Shown: positions 39,961-53,745 of the stretch, one piece after another | Numbering within the stretch: the stretch's first letter is position 1 | How the letters are laid out: every line of letters begins with the position of its first letter | From: Glaucostegus cemiculus | Lineage: Eukaryota | Direction of reading: 5' to 3' | Assembly: GCA_976551045.1 (NCBI GenBank) | Contig: CDPCPM010000011.1 | Span: 8,122,001-8,186,000, forward strand | DNA: 64,000 nucleotides | Program-made: the position numbers and the translations under genes | Notes under the pieces: generated by a model | Told to the model about the DNA's origin: nothing | The model's database searches: none | The model's input: only the letters and a program-made list of their open reading frames with translations

Positions 39961-40344
39961 GCTCAACTCCTCCCTCCTTCGAAATGGTATTTCCAGCATT
40001 TTATAGTTTATAAATTCATTATGTGGGTCTAATTAACCACCCTCCCATAATGATTCTGGAACAAGCCTTCAGAACAAGTCACTTGCCTTCCTCATTTTCA
40101 GACAAAAGTCTTGTGGGGCAAGATTTGGAAAAAAAGTGAGACAAAATTCACTTTACTATTGCCCAGGTAAGCATGTAGACCATCAATCAAATAAACACTG
40201 AAAACAATCTGCATTTCTGTTTTGTATTAGATGAAGTGTATTTCAGACAAACTTCCAGATCTTAAGTATATTAATTTCTCTTGCCTATATTAACTCAATT
40301 ATCTCATTTCTAAACATGTTAGTTGAAACAATAGTGATTCTTAC

Positions 40345-42981
40345 CAGGAGCAAGTAGTGGAGAGCGGTTTTGCGTGGCAGATGATTGATGAGGCGGAGGT
40401 GGTTGCTGTTCGGTCACGGTATTGTTACTGCTTTGATTCACAGGATTGTTTCTATCCCACATGTTTACTGCCTTCTTGTAATTGGTTGGGTCTCCCCAAG
40501 CTGAGGTACCATCGTCTATCTCTATTTTGCGGCGAATAGATGGTGGAGAAGGCTCTTCCCAGCCAGTGGGTTCATTGTCCTTCTGTTTTGCAGACAAAGG
40601 TCCACCAACCCAACCCGAATTAGACTGTTTAACAGAAGCAGCCCCTCCCCAGGTGCTAACATTATTATCCTGAGGTTTATTTCCCCAGTTTTGTGGTACA
40701 TTTGACTTTAAAGGCTCTCCCCAGCCTGTACTTGGGTTTGGCTTGCTGGTAGTACCATTACTCCATCCACTAGTCTGTGATCTGGTGGTCTCATTCCAAT
40801 TTGGTGCAGATCTGTTATTTTCATTATCCCAACTAGACCCATTTTTCTTCCCTTCAGATAAAGGTCCTGTGGCAGAAGAATCGGTCCAATCCCCTCCTCC
40901 ACTACCACCCCCTACTACTCCACTTCCTGATGCCCAGCCTTGATTAGTTTTCTGTCCTTCACCCCAATTCTGAGGCTTAGGCTTCTGAGAGTCCACCCAA
41001 GTAGGTGGCTTCTCCTCTTGACTAGGAACCCCACTCCAGGCATGGCCACTTTTGGCTGTAGCAGCAGCAGCATTAGAATTTGCAGAATCCCCCCATCCCC
41101 CTTGGCCATTGGATACTTTGTCTCCCCAACCTGTATTACTGGACATGAGTGTTGGTGGGTGATTTCCCCACCCAGATACTGTAGAGGTATTAGTACTGCT
41201 TATGCTGGACCCATCACTTCTCCCCCCTGAGTTTGAAGATTGGGCAGCAGCTGAACCCCAAGCCTCAGTTCCATTGTCACTTTTTCGCTCAGACCTAGGA
41301 GATTCTTGAATTTCCCAAGAAATGTTCTGTTTTACTGGTGTCTGGCCCCATCCAGTATTACATAAAACTCTAGGATCATGATCAGACTTTAATACAACAC
41401 TCTGGACCAGCCCTTGTTGTTCAATTATTCCTTTATCAGTCTTTCGCCGGCTACCATTGTGTCTTCCTCCGTTTCTTCCAGTGCTTCCTTCATGATGGCT
41501 ACCACCACTTTCATTACTCCCCTCACTACCAGTGGTACCTGATTCAGAAGGTTTTGCCCAAGAGTTAATTTGTTCATTACTTTGCTGTAAAACAGGAGTT
41601 TGGCTACTAACACAAAGGCCCTCCCATGTACATGATCCTTTTCCGTTACCATTTGCTTCATTACTGGAATGCTGGTTAGAGGGTTTTCCCCATTCTCCAT
41701 TTACACCATTACTGGTGTTCCTGTTGGATGATGCGTTACCCCAAGCTCCATTGTTACTGGGACCAGAGTGCAAGCCCCCAATGGTACCAGCCCTCGTCCA
41801 AGGCAGTACCCCAGGACTGGTAGGGGGACCAGAGTCCCAAGCATTGTTTCCAACATCCTTTTCCACAGCACTATTAGAATTGTTTGCTAATGTTTGCTTA
41901 GCACTTAAACTTAATGCAGAATTCACAGTGTCTCCATTCCCCTGACTAAATCCAGAGTTACCATTGGTGGCTGTAGGATTAGTGTGTGGCACTCCCCACA
42001 CAGAGTTACATGAAGGATTACTCATTCCTTCGCCATTACCTCCATTGAGCTGAGAAACTGCAGGTGACCCACTAGCACCAGGAAGGTTTTGAAGATGGGA
42101 TGGGTTTATTGCACCCATGCTTACAGTCATTGCCCAGCCTCCTGGTACAGAAACATTAGGCAGTCCATTTGCTTGCATTGCATTGATAGGGTTTGGTGAA
42201 GAGTTTATGGGGTTAGTGTTATTTGGTCCATCAGTGTTAAGGTTCTGAGGTTGTATGCTGAAAGACACATTCTGTGAAGTGGATGTTTGTATTTCTGTGC
42301 TTTCCTGCTGCAGCAAATTTCCCCATGTATTTAATGTACCTGTTGGACCATTATTGGGGTTACCAAGATTCTGATCAATGGAATTACTGGAACTACAAAC
42401 AGTTGAAGCATTTCCTCCTCCTACAGTTCCTTGAATTTCTTGCCCAACTACAGGCCAAGCAGCTGGGTTGGCATTGGGATTAAGATTCAGGTTAATGCCA
42501 GCAGTGGATGTAGAAGTGCCCCAACAGTTTGGATTTACACTCACGATGCTATCCATCTTTCCACTTCCACTGGTAGCAGAGCAGTGGCCTATTCCAGGTG
42601 CAGACCCTGAGGCAACAGCCCACACCCTGGATGAGTTTCCATTTCCACCATTAGCTCCACCTCCAATGGCACTCTGGTTTGAACTGCTTTGGACAAGTGC
42701 CCCATTACCACCATTATTGCAATTTTTATTTTGTCCATTGAAGTTGCCTGGTGCACTCCCTGTAGCCATGCTACTAGTATCAGAGCCACAGTTTGAGGCA
42801 GAGTCAGTGTCTGTGCATTCTGAGGCAGTTTCAGTCTCGTTTCCAGAAATGGAAGGCCAAGCCTCTTTGTCACTTCCGTCTATAATCACTTTATCCCAGA
42901 TGCTGTTTGGTTCACTTCTAAAGGGGGGTTGACCCCAGTGGGAATTTTCATAATGAGTTCCCAAACCACTGTGGCTGAGAT
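40345..42981 (-). CDS. TNRC6C: TNRC6C large exon (2637 nt, phase 1-1): GW/WG-repeat Argonaute-binding domain
   Basis: Inside the 907-aa ORF. Acceptor TTTTCCAG|AT, donor CCTG|GTAAGA. Contains KEAWPS, MATGSA, NLNPNANPAAWP, DPRVLCNTGWGQTPVKQN and TGWEEPSPPSIRRKIEIDDGTSAWGDP. Confidence 0.97.
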
Positions 42982-43606
42982 CTGGAAAAGAACAAAGCAA
43001 AAGTATAAGAAATAATTTACTACAAGTAAACAAAAACTTCAATATGTAATTTCAGACAAGTCCTTCCAAAACATTGCAAACCAATCTATTTGCATCAACT
43101 TGTTCTGATACAACTTTAAATCATATTGAAATTTGGTGAATCCTGGCCAAAAAGGAAACACAACTAGAACTGCAATTTAGTATCAACTGCTAGCTGATCA
43201 TACTCCTGATGTATAATCAAATACTTTAATAGCAATAGGCAAAAGCAGTTTTTTTGCTACTCCAGATGCTCCAAGCAAAGTATGAAATCCTAGAAATTCA
43301 AACAAATTCAACTACAAACAATTCTGACTGATAGTGCTCCTGAACAGGACTTTCTAGTCCTAAGAGGAGGTGCAAGAGAATAATTTCAATGTACAATCTC
43401 AGCTATTCCTTCTGTCTTTTGGAGATGGTCTTCTCATGGTTAAATGTAGCCATTCAAAATACTGTAGAAAGTAATCCATTCCGTACACATTTTTCTTTCC
43501 AATGTTAAGGATAGATCCAATTTCCTTGTTTCAGCCACTGGAGCATGCTAAAAGCAAAACTTTACAACCCACTGCAAACATTTTCCTGGATTCTGCCTTT
43601 TTTGTG

Positions 43607-43674
43607 TGCTGGAAGTACCATTACTCCATCTACTAGTCTGCGATCTGGTGGTCTTGTTCCAATTAGGTGCAGAT
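43607..43674 (-). repeat. 68-bp intronic copy of TNRC6C coding sequence 40744-40811
   Basis: Ungapped, 62/68 identical by hand alignment, same orientation. Confidence 0.92.
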
Positions 43675-43874
43675 TGCACCTTGATGATATTGTTAAAATA
43701 TATGGAGAGAATTAATTTGTAGGAATTGAAAACTTCAAAATATTAAGCCTCTAATGAATCATATTTTATTTTTGTATCCACCTGCAATAAATGAAAGCAG
43801 TGTGACCAATTTATATGAAAAAGTAAATGAACATCACCCAAAGACAAACCATATGTTATCAGAAGTAGTCAATG

Positions 43875-44060
43875 TTTCAGGAACAACTTCTGCCCCTCCG
43901 CCATCAGATTTCCGAACAGCCCATGAATGCTACCTCATTATTCCTCTTTTGCACTATTTTATTCATTTATTATTTGGTAACTTAGTAATTTTTATATTTT
44001 GCACTGTACTGCTGCCACAAAGCAAATTTCACAACATATCAGTGATAATAAATCCGATTG
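43875..44060 (+). mobile_element. Rex1/Babar-like LINE 3' end
   Basis: FRNNFCPSAIRF followed by 3'UTR TTGCACTGTACTGCTGCCACAAAGCAAATTTCAC...GATAATAAATCCGATT. Confidence 0.7.
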
Positions 44061-44299
44061 TGAATATTGCCAAGCCAAAGCAGTTCTATAAACAGTATTG
44101 ATCATTCTGATACTTGGACACTTAAATTACACATTTAAACAGAGTGCTTCAGCCAATTAAAGAGTATTAGAATTCACCTGAGTATTAGAACTACGGAGAA
44201 CCACAGATGATCAGAAAACTCCCAAACCCCTTTGGAAACACTAGTCCAGCCTTGGTTGGCAAACTGTATTCATTTCTAGTCACCACATTACAAGTAGGA

Positions 44300-45840
44300 C
44301 ATGAAGGATGAGGGTCCAGAGAAGTTTTATGAAAATGGTTCTTGGAATGAGGAACTACACTTAGGGATAGATTAGAGGGGCTGGGATCATTTTCTTTAAA
44401 ATGAAAGCGGAGGGAACATCTGCTGGAGGGGCTTGGATAGAGTGGGCAGTGGAAGGGTTGAAGACTAGCGGTCACAGCGAAAAAATAAAAAGGGGGTGAA
44501 AATTGAGAGTGACATGAGAATATTCTTTTAAAACACTAGCTGGAATCCAGAATGCACTGCCTGCTGACATGGAGGCAGGTTCCATTGTGGCCTTCAAGAG
44601 GGAGGTGGATAGACATATCAGAAAAAATTGCCAAGACTACAGAGAAGGGGGCAGGGGGTGGAACCTGTCAGCATCGACACAATGTTGAATGGCCTCCTTC
44701 AGTGCTGTAACCATTCTATGTTTTATAAAATTATGACAAATCAAGCGGAGTCTAAATGTTTTATAGAAGAGAAAGAACATTTAACAAATTTGCTGAGCTC
44801 TTTGAAGATTAAACAAATAGGCAGAAAAAGAGTAAACCAATAGATGTAACTTACTTGGATTTCTCAAAGACATTTGCTAAGATGCCTCAAAACATCACTG
44901 AATAACTTGGGGCACCAGGGTTAATATATTTACATGGTTAGGGAATTCGTTAACAGAAACTAAAGTCAGGATAAGTGGGTCATTTTAGGATTGCAATCAG
45001 TAACTAGTGCACGCCACAGGAATCAGGGTTGGGTCTTCAACTATTCACAATCTAAATTTATGACTATTTAGCTAGAAACAAGGGCACAAAGAGCCTGTGA
45101 TGGGATATAGGCAGGTTAAGTGAGTGGGCAAATAGTTTGGTTAATTTGGGAGAATGAGAGATTTGATTGAAATAGCAAAAAAATTAATTGAATTGAGAAT
45201 ACAGATCTTTGCAGTATAAAGAGACGTGAGTTTCCAAGTAAATGAAACAAAGAATTGGCATGCAGATGCAGAAGTAGTTAAGGAAGGCTTATGAAATGCT
45301 TTTATTGCAAAGGTTATGTCAATGAAAGTAGGGAATGATGCAACTTTACAGGGCGCTGGTGAAACTAAACCTTGAATCACCAAACTTGGGGTTTTGGTCT
45401 TCATAATGAAGGAATGAAATACCACACTGGAGTCGGAGCAGAGAATGTTCACTAGGTTAGTCCTTTAATGACGAGGTCACTGTATTGAGATATGTTGAGC
45501 AGGTTGGGCCTATGCTCACTGGGGGTTTCGAAAGATCACCTCTCATTCATCTTCCTGATATGTTCCAGTATAAGATTGAGGGAGATTGATGAGGGCACAA
45601 TTTCAGAACAAGGGATCAACCTATTTAAGACCGAAGGGAGGTGGAATTCTCTCTCAGACTTTGGAATTCTCCACCCCAAAGAGCTGTGGAAGCAGAATCA
45701 TCGAACGTACTCAAAGTGGAGAATGACAAATATTCAAACCATATGGAAGTGGCATGGGGCGTGAGTGTGGGAGAGTGGAGGCAAGATCTGATGAACTATA
45801 ATCCAAGTGGCGCGACAGGCTCAAGGGGCCGATTTACATC
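44300..45840 (+). mobile_element. Two adjacent decayed CR1 LINE fragments
   Basis: TGGAATCCAGAATGCACTGCCTG and GAATGGCCTCCTTC tail at about 44540-44720. TACTTGGATTTCTCAAAGACATTTG (YLDF.K.F) at 44853. TGGAATTCTCCACCCCAAAGAGCTGTGGAAGC near 45660. Confidence 0.75.
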
Positions 45841-47729
45841 ATGTTTTAAATCCTTCATTTCTTCGCAGAAGTAAAACTTGTTTAGGACATTAATTGTTGA
45901 GCAGCTCCAAAAGAAAATTATTAAACTGATTTGACTGGTCAGATAATTCAAGCTATCAAAAATAATTTTCACTGAAGCAGCCCTATTGCAATAATTTCTT
46001 CAGAGGTTTGAAATTATTCCTGCAAGGTTTAGAACTGTTCTCTCAAAGACAAGGTGGGACATTTCAAGAATTGGAAAATAAGAGCTGTTCCTCAAATGAA
46101 GCATTCACTACTACTCAGTAAATTATGACTGGACAGTGAAGCAGAAGAACAGAACTAACTCCTTTCACTGCTCCATGGTTGCATCCATCAACAGTGTTTA
46201 TGAAAAAAACAATTAGACCAATTAACCCACAACCACCACCAATACAAAAACCCTTTCCAGCAGGAACAGTTTAGGAGGAATTACAGCAGCAGCGTGGGAA
46301 GAAGGGAGTTTTTCCATTGTTTTCTCTTCCCTTCATCTACTTTAATCAGGTGAAGGAAGGCTGCATATCTACAGGAATGGGAGACCCAACTTAGATGGCC
46401 ACGTCATAATTTGGACGCCTCCCAATAACAAACACAGTTGTAACTCCAGGAATCATGTTCTTACCACAAGCTAAATGTTACAAACTTCAGCAAGATGTTA
46501 GATATCAAGGCAATTTTTTTTAAGAGCAGGAATACCCTTCCACATCCAAGGTAACCTTAGACCTTGTCTCTCAGTGGGGCTCTTCTCTGATCTTGATTGA
46601 CCTTGACTGGGCTCAAAGTTTGCTTTTCTATCACCTTTTTTACCTTTTAATTTTCTGTTTGTATTCTTCCCTCTCCCAAAGGAAAAGAGACAAAACTTTC
46701 CAGCTCAACATTTGTGACCATTCATCAAATACAAACTGATTTGAAGGCTCTTTACTATAACAGAGATTACATTGCGTTTCCTACAAAAATAAATACATTC
46801 AATTATTTAGGCACTGCTTGAGCCACATAGATCAGTGGGATTCTTATCTTTTTTCTGTTCCTCACCCAGGAACACTGATGCTAATTGTAATGCTGCATCG
46901 TCAGTTCATAAATTATAAATCTGGATTAAATCCATGGCCTCCTGCTTTAGATGGAATAGTTCAAAAGGGCTTTGTTACAAGCTTTCCAGTTTCTAGGATT
47001 AAAATGTTCAAATTCATAAACATTTACAAGTAAAACTGAGCTAGAAAATTGATTTTTTTTCCTAATTACTTGCATGTTGCAAAGAAACTTTGTTTTTGCA
47101 TATCAACTATATTGCTCATCATTTTATGAAAATCAAAACATTAAAAAAAATCAACTTCATTATGACAAATTATTTTAAAACTTGCTTGTTATAAAGATAC
47201 CATTAAAAATTTGCAAGTTTTAAAATAAAAGTCACAGGAGACTTAACCAATAACAGATATACTGAAACTGAAAATTAACCACAAAACTTGCAAGGTTTAT
47301 AGAATCTTTCATATAGCACACTGATCCAATCACAAAAGACCAATTCCAAGACATCAAACTTACATATTCTTATGAACTTCAGTTTAAAATCTACATTGTC
47401 TAAGGAACTGAGAACATTAAGAAACTGAGAATACTGAGAAACTGGCATGTCTTTATCAAATCTTTATTGTCAATTGAAGTTTTAACTGACAAAATTATAA
47501 ATACCATCAAAACTTAAACATCTGTGTATTGACTTTATTACTGTGTTTACACAGGATGCAGTACCCCTTTAACAAACAACCGAATCTTAAGACGCCATTT
47601 TCTCAGTTTCAACAGCCAACTATTTCAGAATGTATGCAGCAGCTTTCTAATGTAATGCAATACATTGAGAACAAAGCAGCAATTACTTGGCATTTTTCTG
47701 ATCCACAGGGGACTGCTGTCGGAAATTAC

Positions 47730-48200
47730 CTAACTGAAGGTGACACCCAACCATTCCTGGATATGCTACATTTTATGCAAAGTGCTTTTGGGTCTGCACC
47801 TATTCTTGCCCGTGTTGTTTCAATATGTCGGCTGTGTGCAGCTTAAGTCTCATCCTGCCTGCATGCTAGACACTGTAGTATAAGCTGTTGACTACTTGCA
47901 CTTACTGATAACCAGCCCGCCCCGCATGCAAATGCCCTTCTGGAAGTGGGATTCAATATAAAGATATCAACGGCAAAAATCTAGCTATATTATCTAATTA
48001 CTGATGACATTAAACTCATCTTCCTTTCTTTAAATTCTTTGACTGTCACTAAACATTTTCTTCTGGCAATGCAATTAGCACCAGCTGGTTTTTGAAAGTC
48101 AGCCAAAAAAACAACCGCATTCAGTGGTTGGCTGCATGCAAATAAGCTTCTGTTTTATGCCATTTAAAAACATCAGCCGTCGTTGCTTGGCATAGCAATA
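47730..48200 (-). promoter_or_regulatory. Candidate internal promoter and alternative first exon of TNRC6C
   Basis: Donor TTAG|GTAATT at 47730, in-frame ATG at 47754 (GGAATGG). Upstream are a GC box (47916-47923), octamers (47926-47933, 48136-48143) and an RFX-like site (48186-48199). Confidence 0.4.
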
Positions 48201-51200
48201 TAGCACTAACATTCAATATGGAACAAATATATACATGGGATTTAAGGTAGTTTCAAGATTTATTGTCTAACCTGGTTGACGTTGGATCTTAGCATTAAAA
48301 AGAGAAAAAAATTCAAGAAATCTACCATTTGAAAAAGTAGTTTAAAAAAGCAAGCACGTTCCACTCCAAAGCACATTTTATTTAATGCTTGCTGAATTAT
48401 GCCCACAAGAACATTCTGAAGTCCCTGGATGGAAAGGAACATTTTATGATTTAGCTACAGCTTGTCAACATATGCCGATATCTGCACAGGTTAGTATGAA
48501 CAATAGCTCCACTAACAAAACATCTTTATTGCTGGTATAACTGTAAATTATAATAGAATCTGCAAGATAGACCAAGGCAGGAGAATTCATCACGTTGTTC
48601 AATTGCCAAGGTGAACTGAAGGTCATGGAAACCTGCCTATCATTGAGCACAAACATGCAACTTGGTTGCTAGGCCACAGCACTTGTTATCCAGATTGCCG
48701 TGTAAACTAAGCCTACAGCTTTAGGCACCATCAGGTTCTTTGGAATTAGGAGTGTATCCAGCTGCTACACGAATCCATAGTGCAGAAGAAATTGAAACAA
48801 TTTATGAAGCCAAGATACATGCAGCACATTTGCACAGTAACAGAAGACACTTAAAATGCTCTTATATCATTTGTGGACGAGTATGTTGTTTTGGAATTAA
48901 CACTGTCAAATATGATCCATTCACATTACCTGTACAAACAGCTGCACAAGGTTACATTATTTATACAATTATGCACACAAATGTTCCATTCAACAATATT
49001 CTGCATTTAGATAGCATTGTTTTATTGTAGTAAAATATCCCAAGGCACTTCAGAAGGTAAGTAAGACAAGAATTCCCACAGTCAAAAGGAGATAATAGGT
49101 CAGGCGATTATTAAGCATGGTCAGAGGTGCATTTTAAATATCATAAAGAGAAATCTGGAGGAAGAGAGAGATAAGATCAGAAATAAAGTTTACAAAATTG
49201 AAGGGAAGTGAACTCATGAAACTGGAGGTACACAGAGCCATAGAGGGACATGGGCATAAGTAGATTTGAATACAAAAATGAGATTAAAAATTAACTGATG
49301 GACAAAGGCAATGCAGTCCCACAGACAAAATGAGATTATCCAGGGACTATGCTGGATAAGAACATTTAGGGAAAATAGAAAAGGAAAGTTGGCAGATGAA
49401 CTTTGAAGTAACTGAAAATAACAAAACTATGGATGAACTAAATTAGGGAACAGGCATGTGATGTTAAGATGATGATAGGATAATAGTGAATTGCTTGTGA
49501 TAGAGATCCTGTGGAGTTCAAGGTCAAATAGGCCATTGAGACTATAAACAGATCAACTCAATCTGACGTATTGGCAGATGAGGAGGATAGAAATGACGAC
49601 TCGAGGACAATGGAACTCATTGGCTTCTGTCTTTGCAGCTCAATGGTAGGAAATTTGGTGCATCCAGGACCACATAACAGTCAGGACCATTGATAATGTT
49701 GGCAGTAGAGGAATTAAGGTAGTAGTTACAGTGAACTGGGAGCTATCACACGTGTCTTTGCCTGATTTTAAAGAGGGTTACGATAAAGTTCAGAAATAGA
49801 AAGGCAGTAAGGCTTATGGCTTCTGAAGCAAACAATACAGGGAAAGGATAAATGCTGTTGAAGGATATTCCCTTGCTTCCAATGTAGAATCTTGCCACCA
49901 ATTCTACTCAAAGTAGAATCTGGCAAGGGTAATTGTACTTAAGTGAATGGAGAACCACTGGAAAGGAATGGAACATGCAAATGCATTGAGGGAGACAGGG
50001 AGGGAAGTCCTCCACTGTTAAAGGATATGGAAGAGGGACAGAGAGCACCCAGGTGTTATGGCCCATGTTGGGAGTAACAACTAGAGCAGGCAAGTACTTC
50101 TTTCTAGAGAATAACTGCCTCACAGTTCATAAAGAACACTACCACAGGTTTTCTATAGTTTTGGATTATTACCCAAATCATGTGCAAATTGGCACAGGGA
50201 TTAGTTAATAAGTAAAACAAACAAGTATCCAATGTGCATACAAATAGATTTATTTTGTAAGTACCTGCACCTGTACAGAGACAGGAAGAAAATGCATCAC
50301 TTAGATGGACTCCAGTTGAACCAGGCTGAGACTAGAGCCCTGGCAGAAAGGACAAAGAGGGCACCTATAAGACTTAACTAGTAAACTAAGAGAAGGCAAG
50401 GGTGGGATTCTTAGGAAAAGGATCATTAATTTTTATTTCTAAAATAAAAATTGAATCACCAGTTATAATTTAGGCAATGCAAGTGGTGAGAAAACTGCAA
50501 GGATTTAAACCTGGAGAGAGAAAAATGTGATTTTGTGTTGTATACATAAGTACAGCAGGTTATGTTCTGTGGGCCAAATAAGCAAACTTTATACAACTGC
50601 ATAAAGTACAAAAGGAGCAAACTAAATGAACCACAGGCTGAAATTCAACTAAGGAAAATACATGGTGGTTAACGGTGAGGTAGGGCTACAAAATACAGTC
50701 AGGTATACAAGTCTGTAGGACAAACAATGAAGGGGAATAATGCAAAAATATTTCAGTGATATGATGTAAGTAGAGAATAATAGTTTCTTTCCCTGATGGC
50801 AGCCATTAAGAAAAAGTGGTAGAATGCACAAGTGCAGAGGCAGGGCAGTTCTAACGGTGAATTTACATTTCTCAGAGATTGGGATAAGTATTCTAAGCTT
50901 ACTGAAAGGGAGTGAATTTCAAGGTGTTCCCAGGATAGTTTTCTCTAATGTGTCCCAGAACCAAGACCAGAACTGACCATATTAGATTAGTAATGAAAAA
51001 TGAATTTGGTTTAGTTCACAGCCTAATGAGGTGTGAACATTTATCCAATGGTAATCATTATGTGATCAGGTTCAATTCGAGTGTTACATGAATAAGAGCT
51101 TAGATTCAAATTTCAGCAAGGCAGACTTTAATGCTAATATGGTCTATGGTGAACTGGACAAGTCTGCAAACCCAGCAAAATGATAGTGAATCATTGAAAG

Positions 51201-51539
51201 GTGTTCAAAAGGGAACAGAATCTATACATACATCTGAAAACCAAAATGCACAATGGTACAAACAGCTGTGGGCAACTAGAAGCTTGAGACAACAAAAACT
51301 GAAAGAAGTTGTACATAGGAAATAACATGTTAGGAATAGATGCTGTTGAAGAACAAATGACAAAATAGGTAGCAACAAACAGTGAAATGAGAATGATACC
51401 AAAGTAAAATTTTCCCCAAATGATTAGGAAAATGCTGGTGCACACATGATACTTTCAGAGCGCTAAGTCACTGTCATTACAGCATATAACCAATGGGCTT
51501 TACATTGAACACCTCTCAGAGAAACATCCTCTAGTTACC

Positions 51540-52320
51540 TGCCCCACTAAACATTGGCCCATAATCATAATGATCCATGCCAAATGGGTCACTTTCTAAA
51601 TATCAGGAGCTACCTGTCAGTGAAGGTAGATACTGAAAATGAAATTCACCACCATCTCCAGTGAGCCAGCACACTTAGTCATCATAGGAAATGGTTTGAA
51701 AATCAAGGTCTATTGGGCAACATACTATATTCTTCATACTACAGGGATGCATACGACCTCCAAGCAAGCACCTTGAAAGCACTGAATATGTACCAAGGCT
51801 GTCTCCACAAAATCCTCCAAATCAATTAGCAGTATAAGCAGCTCTGCAATGTCCCAGGCCCTTGCCATCTCACCCATAATGAGGGATAATATCAAAGAAC
51901 AAGTCACGTCACCTGCATGCCTGACATCAGACTCCTGAAACAAACCAACATTCCGAACAATGTCAAGTAATAAATTTTCAGGGAGTGAAAGCAGACAAAA
52001 TTCAAAAGATGCTTTCAAAGCCTCATTGAAAAATTTAACATCCTCACTGAATCATGCAAATCTCTGGCCCATGGCCACTCAAGATGAAGGAGCAGCATTT
52101 GAGAAAGCATTGAGCACTTCAAGTCTCTTACACAGGAGTACATGGAAGTAGTAGACAATTGGCCAAAGAACACATCCAAATGCCCCAACCACCTCCTGCG
52201 GCACTTGCAGTAAAATCTGCAAATTCTGCAAAGGACTCTTCTGCGGTGTCGAAGGTTACCACAACCTCTACTGACTGCCCGTGAAATAAACGGGGAAAGC
52301 CAGCTAGGAGAGAACAGAGA
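51540..52320 (+). mobile_element. Decayed RTE-clade LINE 3' fragment
   Basis: KHLKALNMYQGCLHKILQI, CMPDIRLLKQ and FKDAFKASLK resemble the RTE/BovB-type RT C-terminus. Confidence 0.7.
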
Positions 52321-53745
52321 TCTATGGCAAAGTTGCTTTCCACCCTGAGTCACTGAACATTCCAATGCCACCTCAAGGAAAGATGAATGGTTTCATACTG
52401 TTTAATGTTCTCAGTTGTTAATGCACAATTGTCAAGTTAATGACTGATACCAGAAATTTCAGGCTTTCCAAATTGATGCGTTGTTATTTGCCTAATAACC
52501 TGGCCTCTGGTTCAACAAGTATCAAGGTCTCCTTATACCTTGGGACAAAATTTGAAATTCAAAGAAGTTCACTACAAAAATGTCTACTGTGGCACTTATC
52601 CCAACTTTGCAGCAGTGTGACAAGTCAAAACATTTCTGGAATTGGGAACTTGGATCCAAGGCAAGCACCATTCTTGACTATTTAGGCTCCTTTGGCTTTA
52701 ATGCATACCCCTCCTCTGTTAGCTGTTCAGCCAAAATGGGCAGGCTGACAGCACATGGCTCATGGGCGAGATACTATTTTAGACAGCAGAATGCAAATTA
52801 GTGATAACGGAATATTCACTGGTTAGGTGCAGATTCTAAAAAATTAGTTTGCCAAGCACCTTTAAGTGCTAAATGTGCAAAATTCATTTTTACCCAGAGT
52901 ACATTATACTCCTGAAAATTTGGGCAAAATTGCACCAATCACAAGATTGTTCTTGGCACAAGGCATGCTCTATTCACATTGGATTGTTTGATCCATTCCT
53001 ATAAACTCCACTGCCACCCATAAGGTCATGAATGGAAACTAAAAGCTCCACATTGAGCAACATGAATCAGTTTTGGTAGAATTAGAAGCACAACACTTGT
53101 CTTGCTATTTTAAAGGATGCTGCATTCTCATCAGATGATCTGACAGAGCAGCTTCAGAGACGAGTACTGATAAAAATCTGTACTTAAAATAACATGGAGA
53201 ATTTTTTCCCCACAATTCGCTGCTGAGATATTCATATCACGGATGCCTCAACAGTAGTACTCCTGTCATTAGTCCATTATTAGAGCCACTTTCATAGCCA
53301 TGGCTGACTATGCACAATGGGTCAGGAACCTTAGAGCAGGAGGCAAAAGGCATACTCATCTGCAAATAATCAATTTCCTGTCTTCAGAAGCGCAACATCC
53401 TACCTAGACTTCTCCTGAAGGACAACGTATTCACAAGCTCAAATTTTCCAGAGGGTGCCACCATAGATGTGGCATTCTGCAGGGAAACTTTGTCCATCCT
53501 CTTGTACCTGGATTCTGTAGCGTCAAGGTCTATTGATGCTTATCACATCTTTATCACAGGAACTTAATATTCTGAAAACAATATATTTAATGAAGCCATC
53601 TCCTCTGCTCTTCAGTTTTGACAATGGTATGCAGACCACTTCGATGTGCCTTTTGAAGACAAAACTACTTTCCAAATTCCTCTACTGTGCAGGAATTCTC
53701 AGTCTTGGTGAATACTTCTATCATTTCCTGTTGGCCTGTTCATAT

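Noticed and set aside
35253-40344. Possible microexon for human GRKVSS (e.g. GGCAGAAG|GTTAAA near 36960)
   Set aside because: No pyrimidine tract and no frame-preserving length; the flanking exons join in frame directly.
40357-42932. Several 60-154 aa ORFs overlapping the large exon on the opposite strand or in shifted frames
   Set aside because: Shadows of Gly/Ser/Asn-rich codon usage; no domains or independent splice/promoter evidence.
42982-43042. ORF-track N-terminus MKFLFTCSKLFLILLLCSF resembling a signal peptide
   Set aside because: Translated polypyrimidine tract of the acceptor, and it starts at TTG; intronic.
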